NCBI GenBank assembly: GCA_040222015.1 | Contig: JAVJWO010000192.1 | Span: 1 to 64,000, forward strand | Direction of reading: 5' to 3' | Origin: Coleofasciculus chthonoplastes F2-STO-03 | GTDB taxonomy: Bacteria; Cyanobacteriota; Cyanobacteriia; Cyanobacteriales; Coleofasciculaceae | DNA: 64,000 nt | In this document: piece by piece, positions 63,719 through 64,000 of the stretch | Layout: each line of letters begins with the position of its first letter | Position numbering within the stretch: position 1 is the first letter of the stretch | Program-made: the position numbers and the translations under genes | The notes under the pieces: generated by a model | The model's input: the letters and a program-made list of their open reading frames with translations, nothing else | Databases searched by the model: none | What the model was told of the DNA's origin: nothing

Positions 63719-64000
63719 TTAACGAACCGTTTTTCGTCTCCGTTTCCAGAATAGCTGTGCCAATCGTCGCCTTAAATTAACCAACCATTGACCGACCCAA
63801 TGCTGCAACACTCGCCAGCGATGGCGCAGGGTGGGCAATCGCTGAAGATAGACGAATTGTCTAATAATACCAGCCAAACGACCGCTTATCTTCAGGGCAA
63901 AACTGGAAACCACCGCCTCCCCTTTTCCCAAGGTCAACATTTCGCCTAAATGTAAATAGCGGAACGGCTTTAACCGTTTAAGCCTAACCGCCCGATACAG
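63719..64000 (-). CDS. NAD(P)/FAD-dependent oxidoreductase (NDH-2-like), C-terminal part
   Basis: PFRYLHLGEMLTLG...YLQRLPT..HR; open at the window edge. Confidence 0.75.
   Translation of the reverse strand: MYRAVRLKRLKPFRYLHLGEMLTLGKGEAVVSSFALKISGRLAGIIRQFVYLQRLPTLRHRWRVLQHWVGQWLVNLRRRLAQLFWKRRRKTVR

Overview
Chromosomal window from a cyanobacterium (inferred from frequent HIP1 GCGATCGC octamers, heptameric STRR repeats, a PEP-CTERM protein, dnaK3-dnaJ and a group 2 sigma factor; probably a filamentous lineage). Left to right: a partial ISAs1; a PEP-CTERM protein and lepB; a DEDDh exonuclease / uncharacterised Pol-beta-fold nucleotidyltransferase / 2H phosphoesterase trio; an orphan mrpD between two internally deleted gene remnants; a toxin-antitoxin/DUF29/Uma2 accessory patch; dnaK3-dnaJ split by a 437-bp non-autonomous IS200/IS605 element inserted after TTTAA at the dnaK stop codon; a PMT-type glycosyltransferase with an in-frame REP insertion; an NCS2 permease; a ~30-kb surface-glycan cluster (Wzm/Wzt, Wzy-like, many GT2/GT4, methyl-, sulfo-, pyruvyl- and fucosyltransferases, an RTX protein, an ISL3 with an adjacent deletion, two simple-repeat frameshifts); GNAT, sigE, argD; and a flippase-like/GT2/GT-C/HTTM-DCC membrane cluster. 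No rRNA, tRNA or CRISPR array was seen. All product calls come from motif recognition by eye, not from database searches.
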